DNA from: Zygnema circumcarinatum SAG 698-1b
Taxonomy: Eukaryota; Plantae; Zygnematophyceae
Length of the DNA: 64,000 bases
Assembly: GCA_037447605.1 (NCBI GenBank)
Contig: CM074809.1
Coordinates: 3,710,689-3,774,688, forward strand
Direction of reading: 5' to 3'
Below, in pieces: positions 28,698-42,013 of this stretch. Each line of letters starts with the position of its first letter. Position 1 is the first letter of the stretch. A program made the translations under genes and the position numbers. The notes under the pieces are model-generated. The model worked only from the letters and a program-made list of their open reading frames with translations, was not told the DNA's origin and did not search any database.

Positions 28698-28806
28698 TCC
28701 CTCCCACCGCGTGAATCTCGAGCAGACATAGTTCACCCCTTCTCCCCATTCCTTCCACCGACGAGACCCTCAGTTTTGCGTCGTCGAATTTCTGACACGT
28801 GTCATC

Positions 28807-30704
28807 ATGACGGAGGGCGACGCGGGAAGGGTAGCGGAGTCTGAGCCGCCCCTCTCGGACCCGTCTCTTCCCCCTCCTTCTTCTTCGTCTGCACAAGCAG
28901 CGAGTCATTCAAATGGAGAACCAAACATTCTGACTGCAATAACGCAACGCGAGAACTGGTTCCTGAAAGTTCTGCAAGGTTAGAACAAGCTCTTCCTACT
29001 CTTCTATTCAAATAAATCGCTTAAAAGAACCAAGTTAGGCCGAAATACGAACTTGGTATGAAGCCTATGTCTAGTTTCTATCATGGTACCCATCGGGCTC
29101 ATCATCATTTAGCTCCATATGTAAGAAATCTTTGTTAACTTCAGATCTTATTTGCTTTTTTCCTTTTAATAATCGTTCGAATTCGGCTTCATGTTGTTGC
29201 CTGATCAGGTGCTATTTTTGTGGACACCGCCGGAATAAGCATGGTGGCTCCGTTTTTCCCTGCCTTCTCCCGCCGATTTGGATTCCACCAAGAAACAATC
29301 GCTTTACTTTTGGGAGTCCGCTCCTTCACTGCAATTGTGGCTGCCATTCCGATCGGAATACTGCTCCGCTTTTTGGGGCACCGCCGAGTTTTAATGTTCT
29401 CCTTCACTCTCGCCATAGCTGCTTGCCTCCTTTTGGCCTTTCCGAGAGGGTGGGAGACAATAGCTATCGCTCTCTGCCTTCAAGGGTTCTGCACACAAGC
29501 CATACGAACCGGCTCGGTTTCCTTCGCAACGAGTCTTTTTTCTCGAAGCAGAAGAAGTTTGGAGGAAAAGACACAAGCTGAAAAGGAGGCATCTGATGTG
29601 AAGACTTCAGAGGAGGAGAAGAAGCATGCGAAAGTAGGAAAAGAAGGAGGGACAGAGGAGGGAGAGATCGCGGTGAAAATTTTCCAAAAATCAACAGCTT
29701 TAGTCGCCATGATGGGAGTGATCTATTGCTGGACATCACTTGGAGGCGTGTTGGGACCTGTTGTGGGCTCTTATCTTTTTCAGTTTACATCGCCATGGAT
29801 TCCCTTTGTTGCTATCGGAGGGCTGTGCTTGATTCTGGCCCTTACCTTCTCCTTCTTCAGACTAACACGAGGGGGAGGGTATGAGCTCGCTCAGAAGAAG
29901 GAAGGCGAACGCCCCGATTTTGATGTTGTGGAATCGTCAGGATGCATGGGTTATGTCTCTAATGGGCAGCAGCAGCAGAAGAAGGGGTTCAGAAAGTTAA
30001 CTTCAGTACCTTCGATGCCTTCCATTCCTGAAAATCAAGATGTGGGTGATGTGGAATTAGGGACAGTGAAGGGCGGGGTGAAGGATGGGCAGAAGAATGC
30101 GACTCTCTGGACATTGTTTCTCGCTGCATTCGATGACAGGGTTGGGAGAGGAATCCTTTACTTTGGGTGTATGCAGTCGATGGCTTGGGGGGTCTACGAA
30201 GTCGTTTTGCCGTATTTTCTCACAAAGAACTGCGGTTACAACACTGCGGAAATCGGTGTGGCATTCGGAATCAACAACTTCGTTTACTCGGTTTTGGCAT
30301 TCTATGCTGGCCCCTTAGTTTCGATGATGGGTCCCAACTTCAGCGTCTTTTTTGGATGCCTTTTGTTGGCAACCACATTGCCTTTGATGTGCATTCGAGG
30401 GTTTTCGTGCTCCATGGGGGTGCAGTATGCCCTTAATGGGCTTAACGGTGTCAGTTTTGCCCTCATAGAGACGCCCCTTCTGGCGATGTTAGTTGATGTG
30501 GTAGCTCACGCAGGCATACATGATGATGGGTTGTTGGTTTCTATTTACCAGTTGTTCTACACTGTAGGCTACGCAGTCGCTCCGTTCTTCGCCGCTTTAC
30601 TTTTCCTGTGCTCTATGTCTGTGGGAGTCATGGGGGCCACTTCCTTAGTCTTAATCGCTGGGTTTCCGGTGTGGTTTTTGGGGAGAAGATCGGTTCAGTA
30701 TTAA
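28807..30704 (+). CDS. Divergent MFS transporter, SLC18/DHA1-like (paralog B); exons 28807-28978 and 29209-30704
   Basis: A phase-1 intron joins ...WFLKVLQG|AIFVDTAGISMVAPFFP. Also has LQG in TM4, GGVLGPVVGS, PWIPF and a 12-TM pattern. Exon 1 is less certain. Confidence 0.85.
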
Positions 30705-31393
30705 GCTGAATGGAATGGAATCAGCATAGTGGAAGCTTTATTAGTTAAAGCAGAAAAAGGCGCTAGAGAAAATGTTGCCGATTGGTAGGATCTGTGATCA
30801 TGCAGACAAAATATTTGTCATGTTATGCAGATATGTAGAGTTGTAATACAAATGTAGATAATTTTACTCGATATCTTGTAGCTAATTGACCCGTAGTCTT
30901 TAGCATCTTGTAGTTTTTAACATCTTCTCCGGCGTTTGAGAAGAATAATAAATCACTGCAACGTTCAGTATGTCGAATTCTTAAAATCGAGATTTCAAAC
31001 AAGGATGTTTAACTTGCCGTGTCAGAACGTGTTCTGGTTATCGAGTACAAATGTGATGCCAAGAGACTCAATTGGAAGAAATGACCCAGTAAAATGCTCA
31101 CACACAATTCTCTAAAAAGGCCAGCAATTTCAAGAGTAAAAAAATGGCTCTATATTCAAATTCAAAACTTATCCGTTACAAAAAAAACAAACTCCCCGTT
31201 ACAGCAGCTAAGTACCTCAACAATCCTCCGGCCTGCTAAGGAAAGGTGACAAAAGAAGAAAGGAGATGTTCATCTCCTTTTTTTTAAACGGGATACATAC
31301 TATTTCAAACTTAAGCTACCATAAAAATCCTATTCTCCCACTGCCCTCTCACTAAGCTGCTCTCCCTCTCTCTCTCTCTCTCTCTCCCCTCAC

Positions 31394-33111
31394 CTAGACG
31401 TTGCTCTGCGGCGCTTTTCTTCTGCCCCACCAAACCACAGGAATGCAGGATAGAATAAAGAGTGAAGCGAGACTGATGAGAGATGCAGGCTCCATGTAAA
31501 CCTTTAGTCCTGCAGCGAAAAGTGGGCCCAAAGCGGAGCCCAAAGTGAAGGACACGTTGTACATTGCCACAATGACTGCGTAGTCATTGAATCCGAGCTC
31601 GCCGAAAACTTCCACAATGATCGGAAAGACTGGGGTAGAACTGACAGCAATAGCTATGCCCGCACAGAGCATAAGGAGAGACTGGGCAAGCAAGTTGCAT
31701 CCCGGATTCCGCAGAAATATGATGGGCTGAACCGCGGCTTGGAAAAGAAGGCCCATAAGTATGCTAGCAGTGGGCCCTGAAATGTCCACTACCTGCTCTG
31801 CTTTGACAGTTGCAATGAAGTAGGCGACGGAGGAGACTCCGAACACAAGTCCAACCTGGGCAGTATCCATTTGACATTCTCGACGGAGGAAGAAGGGGAG
31901 GAGGACCTCCAGTGCTCCGAAGGAGACAAGTGTGACTACAGAAACTGCAAGGAGTGACAGAATTGTGGGATTCTTGCTTACTGTGACGAAGGTTTGAAGG
32001 AGCGAAGGCTCAGAATGCAGCAGCTCGTGGGAAGCGAGCTTATCATCGACAGCTTCAACAGCTGAAACTTCATCCTTCTCTCCTTCGTCCGGCAATATTG
32101 ATACTTTGAGCATTCCTTTGCCGAATAGGCTTTCGCCACTAGTGAGAAGAAAAAGTGCCACAGTGACCAACAAAGTGAGCAGGGCTACGAGGGCGAAAGG
32201 AATCCATGGCGCGGTGTATTGATACAGGACAGCCCCTGCAAAGGGACCAAGAAGATAGCCTATAGAAGCCATCCCAAACAACGTCCCAATGCTGCCAATC
32301 AGCTTCGAATTCTGACCGATCTCCTCAGAACTCCCACTCCCACTCCCACTCCCATTCATGAGAAGTGGTTCTGAAAGCCATGTCTCGACATCAGTCCCAA
32401 CCCTTTTCTTTATGGAGTCCGATTCATCCGAACTTTTCGAGCCTTCACGCTGCTGTTTTCCAGCCTCTCCATCCCCTCCATAAAGGTTTGCTGCTAACGA
32501 AAGCCCAGTCGTCCATGCAAGCTCACTGCATAGCCCCTGCAGGAAGAGAGCGAATGCAAGGAAGTGCCACGAGGGGGGTCGAGCCAACAGTAAGCAAGCG
32601 GCAATGGTTCCGAAAAAGGAGAGAAGAAGAATGTTCCGGTGGCCGATCCAAGCCACTGAGAGCCCAATAGGGGCTGCAGAGGCGATGGATGTGAAGCCCC
32701 TCAGCGCGAGAAGCGAGGTTATGGCTGCCTGTTCCAACTGAAACAGGTCGGCAAACGCGGGAAGGATGGGCACCACCATGCCGCTGGAGAGAGTGTCGAT
32801 GAAGACGCCGACTGCAGAGGGAGGGAGGGCATGCAGGGGAGGGAGGTTAGGGCTTAGAAAGGATAAAGGAAAAGGATAAGCGCTCCAATATGGGTCCGAT
32901 TGTCACTTGGAACTTTTTTAATACGTCTACATAAGGAATGAGGCATAAGCCGAGACCAAGATGACAGGAACAAACCTGCGATAAAATACTCCAGCAGGCG
33001 GCCTTTATTTCCGTCGGCGATCCAGGACAGTACTCGGGATCTCAAATCAGATAGCGGCTGATGCTGGTCATCAACATCATGAATCGGCGATGCTCTCTCG
33101 TTTTCCGCCAT
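31394..33111 (-). CDS. Divergent MFS transporter, SLC18/DHA1-like (paralog C); exons 33111-32976 and 32811-31394
   Basis: A phase-1 intron joins ...LLEYFIAV|GVFIDTLSSGMVVPILP. Also has FLQGLCSELAWTTGLSL, GYLLGPFAG, PWIPF and ALEVLLPFFL. Lies tail-to-tail with paralog B. Confidence 0.88.
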
Positions 33112-35402
33112 CCCTTTTCTTCACAAAGCCCAGCAAGCCTCGAAGCCCTCCCTCCTCCACCAGCAGGAGCAGCCAAATCCCAGTTCCAGGAGCTTATCAA
33201 AGAGCGCAACGGACGCGTTTTTGCGAGAAATAGTCTGCCAAAAGCGTGCGAATGGAAGGATTCCAGCCACAATCAGCTGGAGGAGCGATCTCAGCCCACA
33301 ACCAATCCTAGCTCGACCTAAACCTATCTACTTAAAGGCGAGGCAGACAATCCCTAACAGTACTAACAGACCTGATATCCTCCGACTACTTGCGGGCCTC
33401 CCCGTGCTTAATTTATTCCCCCTCCCTCCCCGCCTCTGCGCCCCGCCCTGTAAGCAGCAGCAAGCTTTGCCCCCCCCCACCTTAATAGCACAAGGGGAGG
33501 GCTGCAGGGAGGGCGGGCAGTCACGTCACGTTCTGGATAGGACAAAATATAGGCACGTCATGTCGTGTCATGTCACGTCTCCCACTGACGTCACGTCATC
33601 AGAAAAGACGCGGCCGCTCGCCGACAGAGGCGGAAAGTTTTTTTTTGAGGCAGCATGATCTCCTTTGGGACACGTGGCATATGCGGAGTGGGCGACGGAT
33701 AAACCCTGTCGGTACGGAACATGTTTTCAGAGATTTGAAAGTGGGGTGCACGACAAATGTACCTGAACCCCTTTCGTACGGTGGCTATACGGTCGAGATG
33801 CCGGAGCCAATACAATCTGTTCCATACAAGACATGAACTGGACAGATCGGTTACATGAGTAAGGATTTCCAACTTAACTGCGTTTAAAACATAGATCCGC
33901 AGCTTGTAGCCAGTTCCTAGCCCCCTTTATACCCGACTTCTGCCAATTCTTCGCAATTCTGGAAAAAAGGAAAAGATTTTGAATCATTTTGAGTGGTGTC
34001 CTGACGTCCCGGGCAGCATGAATCTTTTTCTGTTTTCTGACGTGGCAGATTCTTATTGGATAATTGTATTTTTTGTGTCCGTATACTAAATAAAGGGGAA
34101 TGATGTTTGAAGGAATAAATAAATAAAGGATGGAATATCTTTTGGAGCGGCGCACACGAAATGGAAAACTTCGATCGAAACTTCCTTACAAAAACGACAA
34201 ATAGCCATCCATACGGAATCGTACGGTCAATCGTACGGTCCAGATGTCCATACTGTATCGCCACGTAACTTTACTGTACTCAAGTTCCATGCAGAGGCCG
34301 GCCGGCCCTGTTAACTGAGATGCGGCTACATGCGAAATCGTATCGCGAATTCTTGAAACTGTGACATAGAAACAGAGTTCAGCCCACTTCAAGGTTTCTT
34401 AAATCAAACCTGTCCGGAACCACCTTCCGATTGGTTAATTTGAACACGTGTCGTGTTTGGAATGGTGAAGAAAACATTTTTTGTTGGCCTCAGTAGTTTT
34501 CGGGCAGCAGACAGTTTGAATTGCCTGAAGGTTCCAGGATCCAACCTTTCCCCTCTCCCGCTCTACCGCGACTCTTGCCTCTCTTCTTCACTCTCTCCAA
34601 CTCCCTCTCTCTCTCCCTCTCCCTCTCCCCCTCGCTCTCCCTCTTGCAGTACCACCTCCTGTTGTTTTCAGTAACTTGAGGAGTTTTCCGGAAGGTGCGG
34701 CTCCTTTGCAGCAAAGGAGCGGTACGGCCTGCTGCACCCCCCCTTTTGTTTCTCTTCTCCTTGTGCTCTCTCTGCTTCGGCTCTTGTCTGGCTCGCTCCC
34801 GCTCGCCCACTCTCATCCCTTCTCTCTCCGCCCATCCTCCTCTCCCTCTCAACCCTCCCCTGGTCCTGCATCTCTCCTGCCTTCACCATTTCAGTCTCCC
34901 TCTCTCGTCCTCTCTCTCCTCTTCTCTCCCTGCTTGTCTTCTCCATTTCTTGCTCTCCACTTCTTTTCTCCATTTCGAAAATTCTCCGCCGAAAATGATT
35001 TCTGCCGTTTGGTCCTAATCGCTGTCTCCTATATTGTTACATGTCGCATTCACCCCTCCCCCCCCCCCCCTTCCGTTTCACTTCATTTTTTCTCTCATTG
35101 CTCCTCCTTTCTTCATCCCGGCCAACCCTAAAATCCCGCAATTCTTTCCATCATCACTACTCCCCATGTCCCTTTCCTCGCCTTCTCTTCCAGCCGCCCT
35201 CCTCTCTCCTTCCCTTCTTTAATATGTAATTTTCTTAACTTATTTCTGTCGTCAGAGTTTATTACCACCCCATGATGCCCTGTAAGTGCTTGCTAGGTCG
35301 ACTTGTCAGATTTTTTGTATCGAAATCAAAACCTAAACTGTATACATAACCTATTTCTCCGTCAAACGCTCGCGCGTTTGCAGTATCCAGTGAAGCCAAA
35401 CA

Positions 35403-36938
35403 ATGGCTTCACAGAGGCATGCTACCGTACAATCTGAAGTCGCAGAGCAAGGCTATGCATACGGCGGCGAAGTGCAAATGGAGTCATTTGTTGAAATGAA
35501 GGTCAAACATGACATGAGCGTTCGAAAACGTTCAATTTTTGAGACCCTTGGATGGCTTGCAACGGGCGCTCTGGTTCTCTGGTATGGAAATGGAAAGCGG
35601 GACTTCATATATGTGGTTCTTCACGACCCAAGACTTCGCAAGTAAGGAGGGGATTGCTTGAAGTGGGTTAATTATGCGAACTTTCGCATTTTGGAAGCAA
35701 TTGAGAGTTGGGTTCTGGTTCGCTGCTCAGGCTCAGGCTTTGCAGAAGTAGGTCCTGCCGCTTGCTTTGCTTTTGCTGCTTGACGTCTCTCCTCTCCTTT
35801 ATTTTATTTTTTTGGGCATTGGACACGCATACTGATTTATGGCTTATGTCTTTTTATGTTTGCCTGTTGATTTTCTGCAGGCAAGAATTCTTCGTTGGGT
35901 GTTTGTGCGTTTTAGTGAACGCCTTCATTTTTTTGTACCTCGCGGTTTGGGTCCGTGTTATCAAACAAGATTTGCGGGACTTTAACCTCGTGGTGCCCGG
36001 AGCGATCCCGACAGCCGCCATTCTTGGAATCTCATCGTACTGCATGTAAGAATCGCTCTCCTGAAACCTTTGTAGGGTTAACTTTAACGAGGGTGGGATA
36101 TAGGATTCGAGGTTCTTTTGAGGATCGCTTTTCTGAAAGTTTCAGGGCTAACATTAACGAAATTTATGTGGAATCCGTTGTTAGTTTTAGGGCTAACTTT
36201 AATAAATGCTTATGTGAGAATATTGCAAGGCTCTTTGTATGTTAAATATGAAAGGGGAGAGGGAACGTTCTATGTTGAATGTGCGGAACTACAGATAGGT
36301 AGCTCTGTTAAAAACAGAAATTCGGTCCGTATAGCATGAGCCTTTTGCTCGTCATGGTTTCCTCTCATAGGAAGACCAAAAACTGCTTCCAAGGATGTGC
36401 AAAAAACTTAGTTCCATTTTTTTTTTTTTTTTGGATGAATATATGAATATTTTCTCTACTGCTAGCGCATGTTTTAGGGACAGGGCGTCTGCTACAGTGA
36501 GCCTGCTTCAAACAAAATGCTTCAGTATTTCTTCTCCTTTTTAGGTTATAAATTAACTCTCGAAGGGGAGAGTTTGGGGAAACAGATTTGTGTATTCTAT
36601 GTGGCCAATCTGGGGCTGGATTATCATTCCCATGCTGGTAAGAAATCATCGCACTTCTCACTGCATCCTTTCTGAAGTTTAGTTCCGATTGTTGTAACGA
36701 TGATAAGGTGGGAAATGCCACATCCATTATTTTCTCACTCAAGATGGGCATTTCATCGGTATTGAATGAGGGTATAAGGTTAACCATTTAGTCACATTTC
36801 ACTTCAAGAAGAATGACTAACTACAGCTTTCTAGTTACATGTCTCTGACTGACGGTGTTTCCTGTGCAGTACATCCTCTTCATGACGTTTGTGGTCATGG
36901 CGCCATACATTCCCCCGTACACCAAGAAGAAAGATTGA
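35403..36938 (+). CDS. TMEM128-family membrane protein; exons 35403-35641, 35881-36045, 36587-36637, 36870-36938
   Basis: IFETLGWLATGALVLWYG...DFIYVVLHDPRL...VNAFIFLYLAVW...PGAIPTAAILG...MWPIWGWIIIPML|YILFMTFVVMAPYIP, which is the pattern of plant TMEM128 homologs. Confidence 0.82.
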
Positions 36939-37461
36939 GAGCTGCATTATGCAGTTTGTAAAAGCTCATGTATTTCAAATTTTGCGGATGCATACATAGT
37001 TTCCCGTTTCTCGCTCCGTTTTCCAGTGGTCCAATCTTTGAGCCTTTTGCCCCAGTCTGACGGCTGTGTAGAGCCTCCCACTCCTCTCCTCTCTCCCCAA
37101 CTCCCTTCTCTCTCTCTCTCACACACACACACAACACACGCACTCTATTTCACTCTCTCTCTTTCTCCACATGTGCTGCTTCTTGACACTAATCAATGTA
37201 GTATCCCCACTTTCCCATTAATATGCAATACGCACTTGAAGGTCGTCCATGTGCAGATTATGAAGCCTTTCTATAAACGTTCCTACTCATGACTGATCTG
37301 TAGCTAGTCACAAGACGGCAACGCAATTGCCATGGCTCTTTGCTTGTGTGAAGATATCCTCTTTATTATAAATTAAAAGATAAGTAAAAATCGAAGGGAA
37401 GTACATAGGACATGTATCGGGGCACTGGGTCTTACTCCGATGAATGGATGGAGGGTCATCA

Positions 37462-39812
37462 TTAGCTCGCCAAAAAGTCCACAATGGCTCTGTTTACAAA
37501 AGTGGGCCTCTCCGCTTGAGGCATGTGGGCTGTTTTCGCAATGACTGCCAGCTGTGCTCTGTGTCCCAAATGGCTGTAACCAAAGCAAGCCTCCCCCGCA
37601 CACGAGTACTTCTTTAATAAATTTCGAAGAATGAGGCAAATTTTGTTCGGCGACAATGTCATTTAAAAGCCAAAGACTGAAGGAAGGGCGATAACAACAT
37701 TCAATGGTGGTAGGGCCTCACCTTTGTAGCCGCTGCCCGAGATCGGGTGGGAAGAGCGGATCAAACTCTCCCTGAATGATCAGGACATCCTGTACGAGAA
37801 AATTGAGATAATTAAATCATCAGCTGGTTGTCATCATCATCAGTCATTGACCACTTTTAGGAATTTCTTTCAAATGGTCACTAGCACAAGAGATGTAAAC
37901 ACTAAAAATGTCCCTTCATTTACCTGCGTAATAGCTGGCACCTCAGAAGGCTCAAAGTGCTCTTTCCGATAACGGAGCCCCGTTTGCAGCTCCGCATGTT
38001 CCTTCCGTCGACTGTTTACAAACATAGTCTGCAGAACAACACAGAGCACTCGATCGGAAGTTGTTCTACAGTGCTTTACGTCGAAGCATTATAGTTGAAA
38101 CATCTGCAAAAACCAGTTCTCATCTCAAGTTGGGTCTGCACTCTCACTTTCAGCACCTCCTTCAGAATGAAATTTGGCACCCATGGCGGTCGATAGTATG
38201 CAAGTTTCAATAGCCGCTTCACTCCCTCTATGTCTTTCGGCAGCATTGCCGACACATATTCTACCCCCAATCGCTCTCCCATCTACGATAAAAGAAACAA
38301 ACAAGTTAGTACATAAACTAACCTTGTCCTTATAAAAAAAAGAAAAAGAGTTTCGCCCCCCAAAATGTTTTGCAGAATTGGACGGTGAAGGGCCTCACTA
38401 CTTCTATGTCTCTGGGAGTTGCCAATATTCCTGTGGCCAATAAGACGATTTTTAGTACAGTATCTGGGTGACTCAGCGCAAGCTGATAGCTGACTGCTCC
38501 GCCATAACTGTAACCCAAAAGGTGAAAATTCGAAATTCCATAATGTTGCATGAGCTGCATGACCCTAAAACTTCGCAAAGTTAGTCACAAGCGCCCTACT
38601 GACTAAAAGAGAGGCTGTGAGCAGAAGATGATTTGCCTTGCTTTCCTGGAAACGAACCCGTTTAGGAGAGAAACAGCATTGACAATACGCAACTAAAAAC
38701 CCTAAGCAAGATTGATGTTATCGATGTATGCACATGACGTGTACACGTATGGTCATTATCAACATGGATGGGGCCATGATGGCATGGGCATGCAGCATGG
38801 AACACAGAATATAACAGGATATGACTAGAATGCTTCATACAAGAAAAGGACATCTCCGAAATTTGTTGAGCTACACTGTTTATCGTAGCTCCTTACTATC
38901 ATGTTCGCATACAGGACGGGTTTATTTCACATCAACTAGAATTATACACAGCAACGATCAACTTCAGCCTATGGAACAGTACAGGACAACGCCTGCAATA
39001 AGAATTTTTCTTATGAATTTCTCACAAAAACTGATGTAGAAAAGGTGCGAACTGACTTATGATTAAGGGAATAGTTTGAAAGAGTAAAGGATGAATGAAG
39101 CACGTTAAGTAAACAGCCCACCTTGTAGCAACTTTCTGCTTGAAATTCTTCCGACCTATCAGGGCTTGTGGTTGTGGAATCTCCGAAGAAAACGAGGTCA
39201 GGAATAAAAAGTTGAAAATGCTTCGAAAGTGGGCCCAGCTGAATCAAAAAAGAAAAAAAGAGACGAAAAAAAATGAACTAGAGATGCTCCCATCACCTCA
39301 GCTGCGCAGGAATTTGCCTGAAATCTTACAAAAAATAAAATGGGATAAGAAACTCCGCTGACCTGCTTATCCCATTGCATCAAAGCGCTCGCGCCAAATC
39401 CGTGAAGAATTAACAGTGGAGAAAGGCCAGTTTTTCCCTTCTTCTTTGGAGCCCAACAGTGCATGGAGGTGTACTCGTCGATCTGAACCTGCTCCATCCT
39501 CCCAATTTTTTGATACTTTTTGAGTTTTTGGGGTCCGAAACTTGAATCTGGTTTAAGAATAGGACATTGCAATGCGAATGCAGGTGCTGGGAGAGAGTTA
39601 AAAATCAGCTGAATCATGAAAGTTCATGGGATTTCTATGCTTAACTGAAGAACAGGCTTAAAAAAAAGCCGTTCTCTTGGTCCCTTGCAATTGCTCTTGC
39701 AGTTTACCTGCTCGGATTTAAGGCCGTAAAATTGGTAAAGCCGTTTCAAGTACGAGTTGTAAGCAGAAAGGAAGCTGAAACTCGGCCCCTTTGCAGGTGG
39801 GGCTTCTCCCAT
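37462..39812 (-). CDS. Alpha/beta-hydrolase (ABHD6/monoacylglycerol-lipase-like plant family), about 8 exons
   Basis: TSMHCWAPK...LLILHGFGASALMQW; FIPDLVFFGDSTT...RSEEFQAES; LLGYSYGGAV (nucleophile); DVLIIQGEFDPLFP (Asp); KTAHMPQAERP (His); TAA at 37464-37462. Confidence 0.9.
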
Positions 39813-40479
39813 GGCAATAATAAACAAGATAAATCAATTAACCTAACTGATTTTACAGGCCAATGCGGGCGCGTCTGAAGTGGGTTCCCCTCTTCTCCCT
39901 CTTTAATTCAAGGTCTAATTTGCTGCAGCGATCGCCATATGGCGGCCCTATCCTAAGGACACCCCCTTGGAGGGCAAATCAGAGAAACCACGAGCGATAC
40001 GCGGCTCCGACGGGCTCCGTTGAGCGTGCCTGTCTAAAGACTAAGCCAATCACAAGATGCCACGTCATGTATCTTGTTGACATGGCAATCCGTGATTCGT
40101 TGTTGCTTCAGAGAATATCTTCAAATGACCACTCAGAGGTTACCACGTGGTGCGACGAGGGAGGGCGCCATGGGGCCATACATGCATCCGCGCATCCATA
40201 CATGCCCATCCCATGTACATGCGGACCATGGCCATTCCATGTATGACATTCATTCAGTTCCGCCTGTTCAACGGGTCTGTAACTATCAATGAAACGGCGT
40301 GCACGTTTATTCTCGGAGCCGCCCGCCCGGCCGGCCACCGACCAATAGCGGCTGCCGGCCGCAATCATTTTGTCTGGAAACGGCTACTGACGGTCACCGA
40401 CGGTTCCGTTGACCAACCAAGGTGGCTTGGGCCGCGTGCGACAATTGTACGTACGAAAGCCGTACATCAACGTACTGTA

Positions 40480-41068
40480 CAGTAGGACCCCATCATATTT
40501 TCCACCTGGGTTTCGCGAAAATCCGGCGAAAATATTGTTTTTGGCAAATATCAGGTCTGTGTTACCAATAGACGGGCGGTATTACGTTAGAGTTTATGTA
40601 AATCCGTACGTATCGTATCGTATCGCTTGCTGATATATCGTATCGCACCGTACCGTATCGTATCGTGACAACTGACACTATGGTGGCCTCTTGCGGCGGC
40701 AAGGGCGGGAAAATTCGGAGAGTTTAAAGTCGAGCCCGGAACGGCTACTACAGCTCGTACGGCTACGTACGGATAGTACCGTATCGGGGAGTTTCGCATT
40801 GTATCGTACCGTATCGTATCGTATCGAAGCCAAGAAGAAGGGGAGAAGAGCGAGCGCCTCTGACGGCGGCACGTGCGGGGAGAATTGGTGAGTTTTGCGT
40901 AAGCCCGTGACGGCTAGTACAGCTAGTACGGCTAGTACGGCTAGTACGAATTGTATGAATTGTACGGCTAACACGAAGTTACCGTACAAAAAAGTGGTTT
41001 CGGCAAAATTGGTGCGAATTTATTGGTGACGCAAATGTTGAGGTGGAAAATATGATGGGGTCCTACTG
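40480..41068. mobile_element. MITE (Tc1/mariner-pogo type), copy 1, 589 bp
   Basis: Perfect 28-bp TIRs CAGTAGGACCCCATCATATTTTCCACCT (40480-40507 and 41041-41068) flanked by TA on both sides. It has no ORF and carries internal CGTAT and GCTAGTACG micro-repeats. Confidence 0.9.
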
Positions 41069-42013
41069 TACTGTACTGTAAGATATATTGTACGAAAGCG
41101 TGCATAGAGCCAATGGAATATCTCCAAAAGTTGTTGCGATGTGATGAGCTGGCGCGTCCTGATTGGCGAATCTTCTCTTGTCCTACTTGGCAATGGCGAA
41201 AAGACAAATACTGTACGATGCCGCCCGCCACTTTTTGTTGTCGCTTCTGGCGAAGTTTCCGACAAAAAGGTCGTACGATACCTGTACGGCCGACAAAAAA
41301 CAGCTTCCTTTTCGCCGGGCAGATTCAAAAACATTAGAAAAGAATAAAAAAGCCTTCTAGGGACTCGACTGAGTCGACTCCTATGGGCTTCCTAAATCTC
41401 TTCCTTTTCAAATTTTAACTATTTTGTGCACAAAGCAAAACATAAAAGTTTTCTTCTACCCGGCTAGAAAACTGCAAACCCGAGAAGGTTGCCGGTTTCA
41501 AACTCCGCCAGGTTTCTTGCGCCACGCTGAAAAGTTTTTTGATGACGTGGTAGAAAAACGAGCCCTCATTGGCCAGATTTTTCGCCCTCCGATCAGTGCC
41601 AGCGAAGCCGTGCGTCAGCGCGGTGGGCCCTATATGGGCCAACCGTACGTGCGTGCGTCACTCGCACGTGCGGGTCACCGACTTCGCTTCCCTCCCTCTC
41701 ACCCCTCTCTCGTCCCCCTCGCCTCCCTCCTCTCTCTCGTCGCCGGATATTACTTTCTCTCTCTCATGCCCTCTCTCTCATATACCCTCTCTCTTCCCCC
41801 CCCTCTCTCTCTCTCCCTCTCCCAACCAGCTTCGTTCGTTATTTCATGTTTAATCGATTGTTGTAGCTCAAATGTGATGCTGTTTCGCCCCCAATTTTTC
41901 CTTTATATTACTTTAAAACCAGTGGATAACTTAGTGGAGACCAAAGCTGAGGTACCCACATGGCTATTTATTTCTACTGCCTAATTAAAATAAACATTAC
42001 ATAGAAACTTAAT

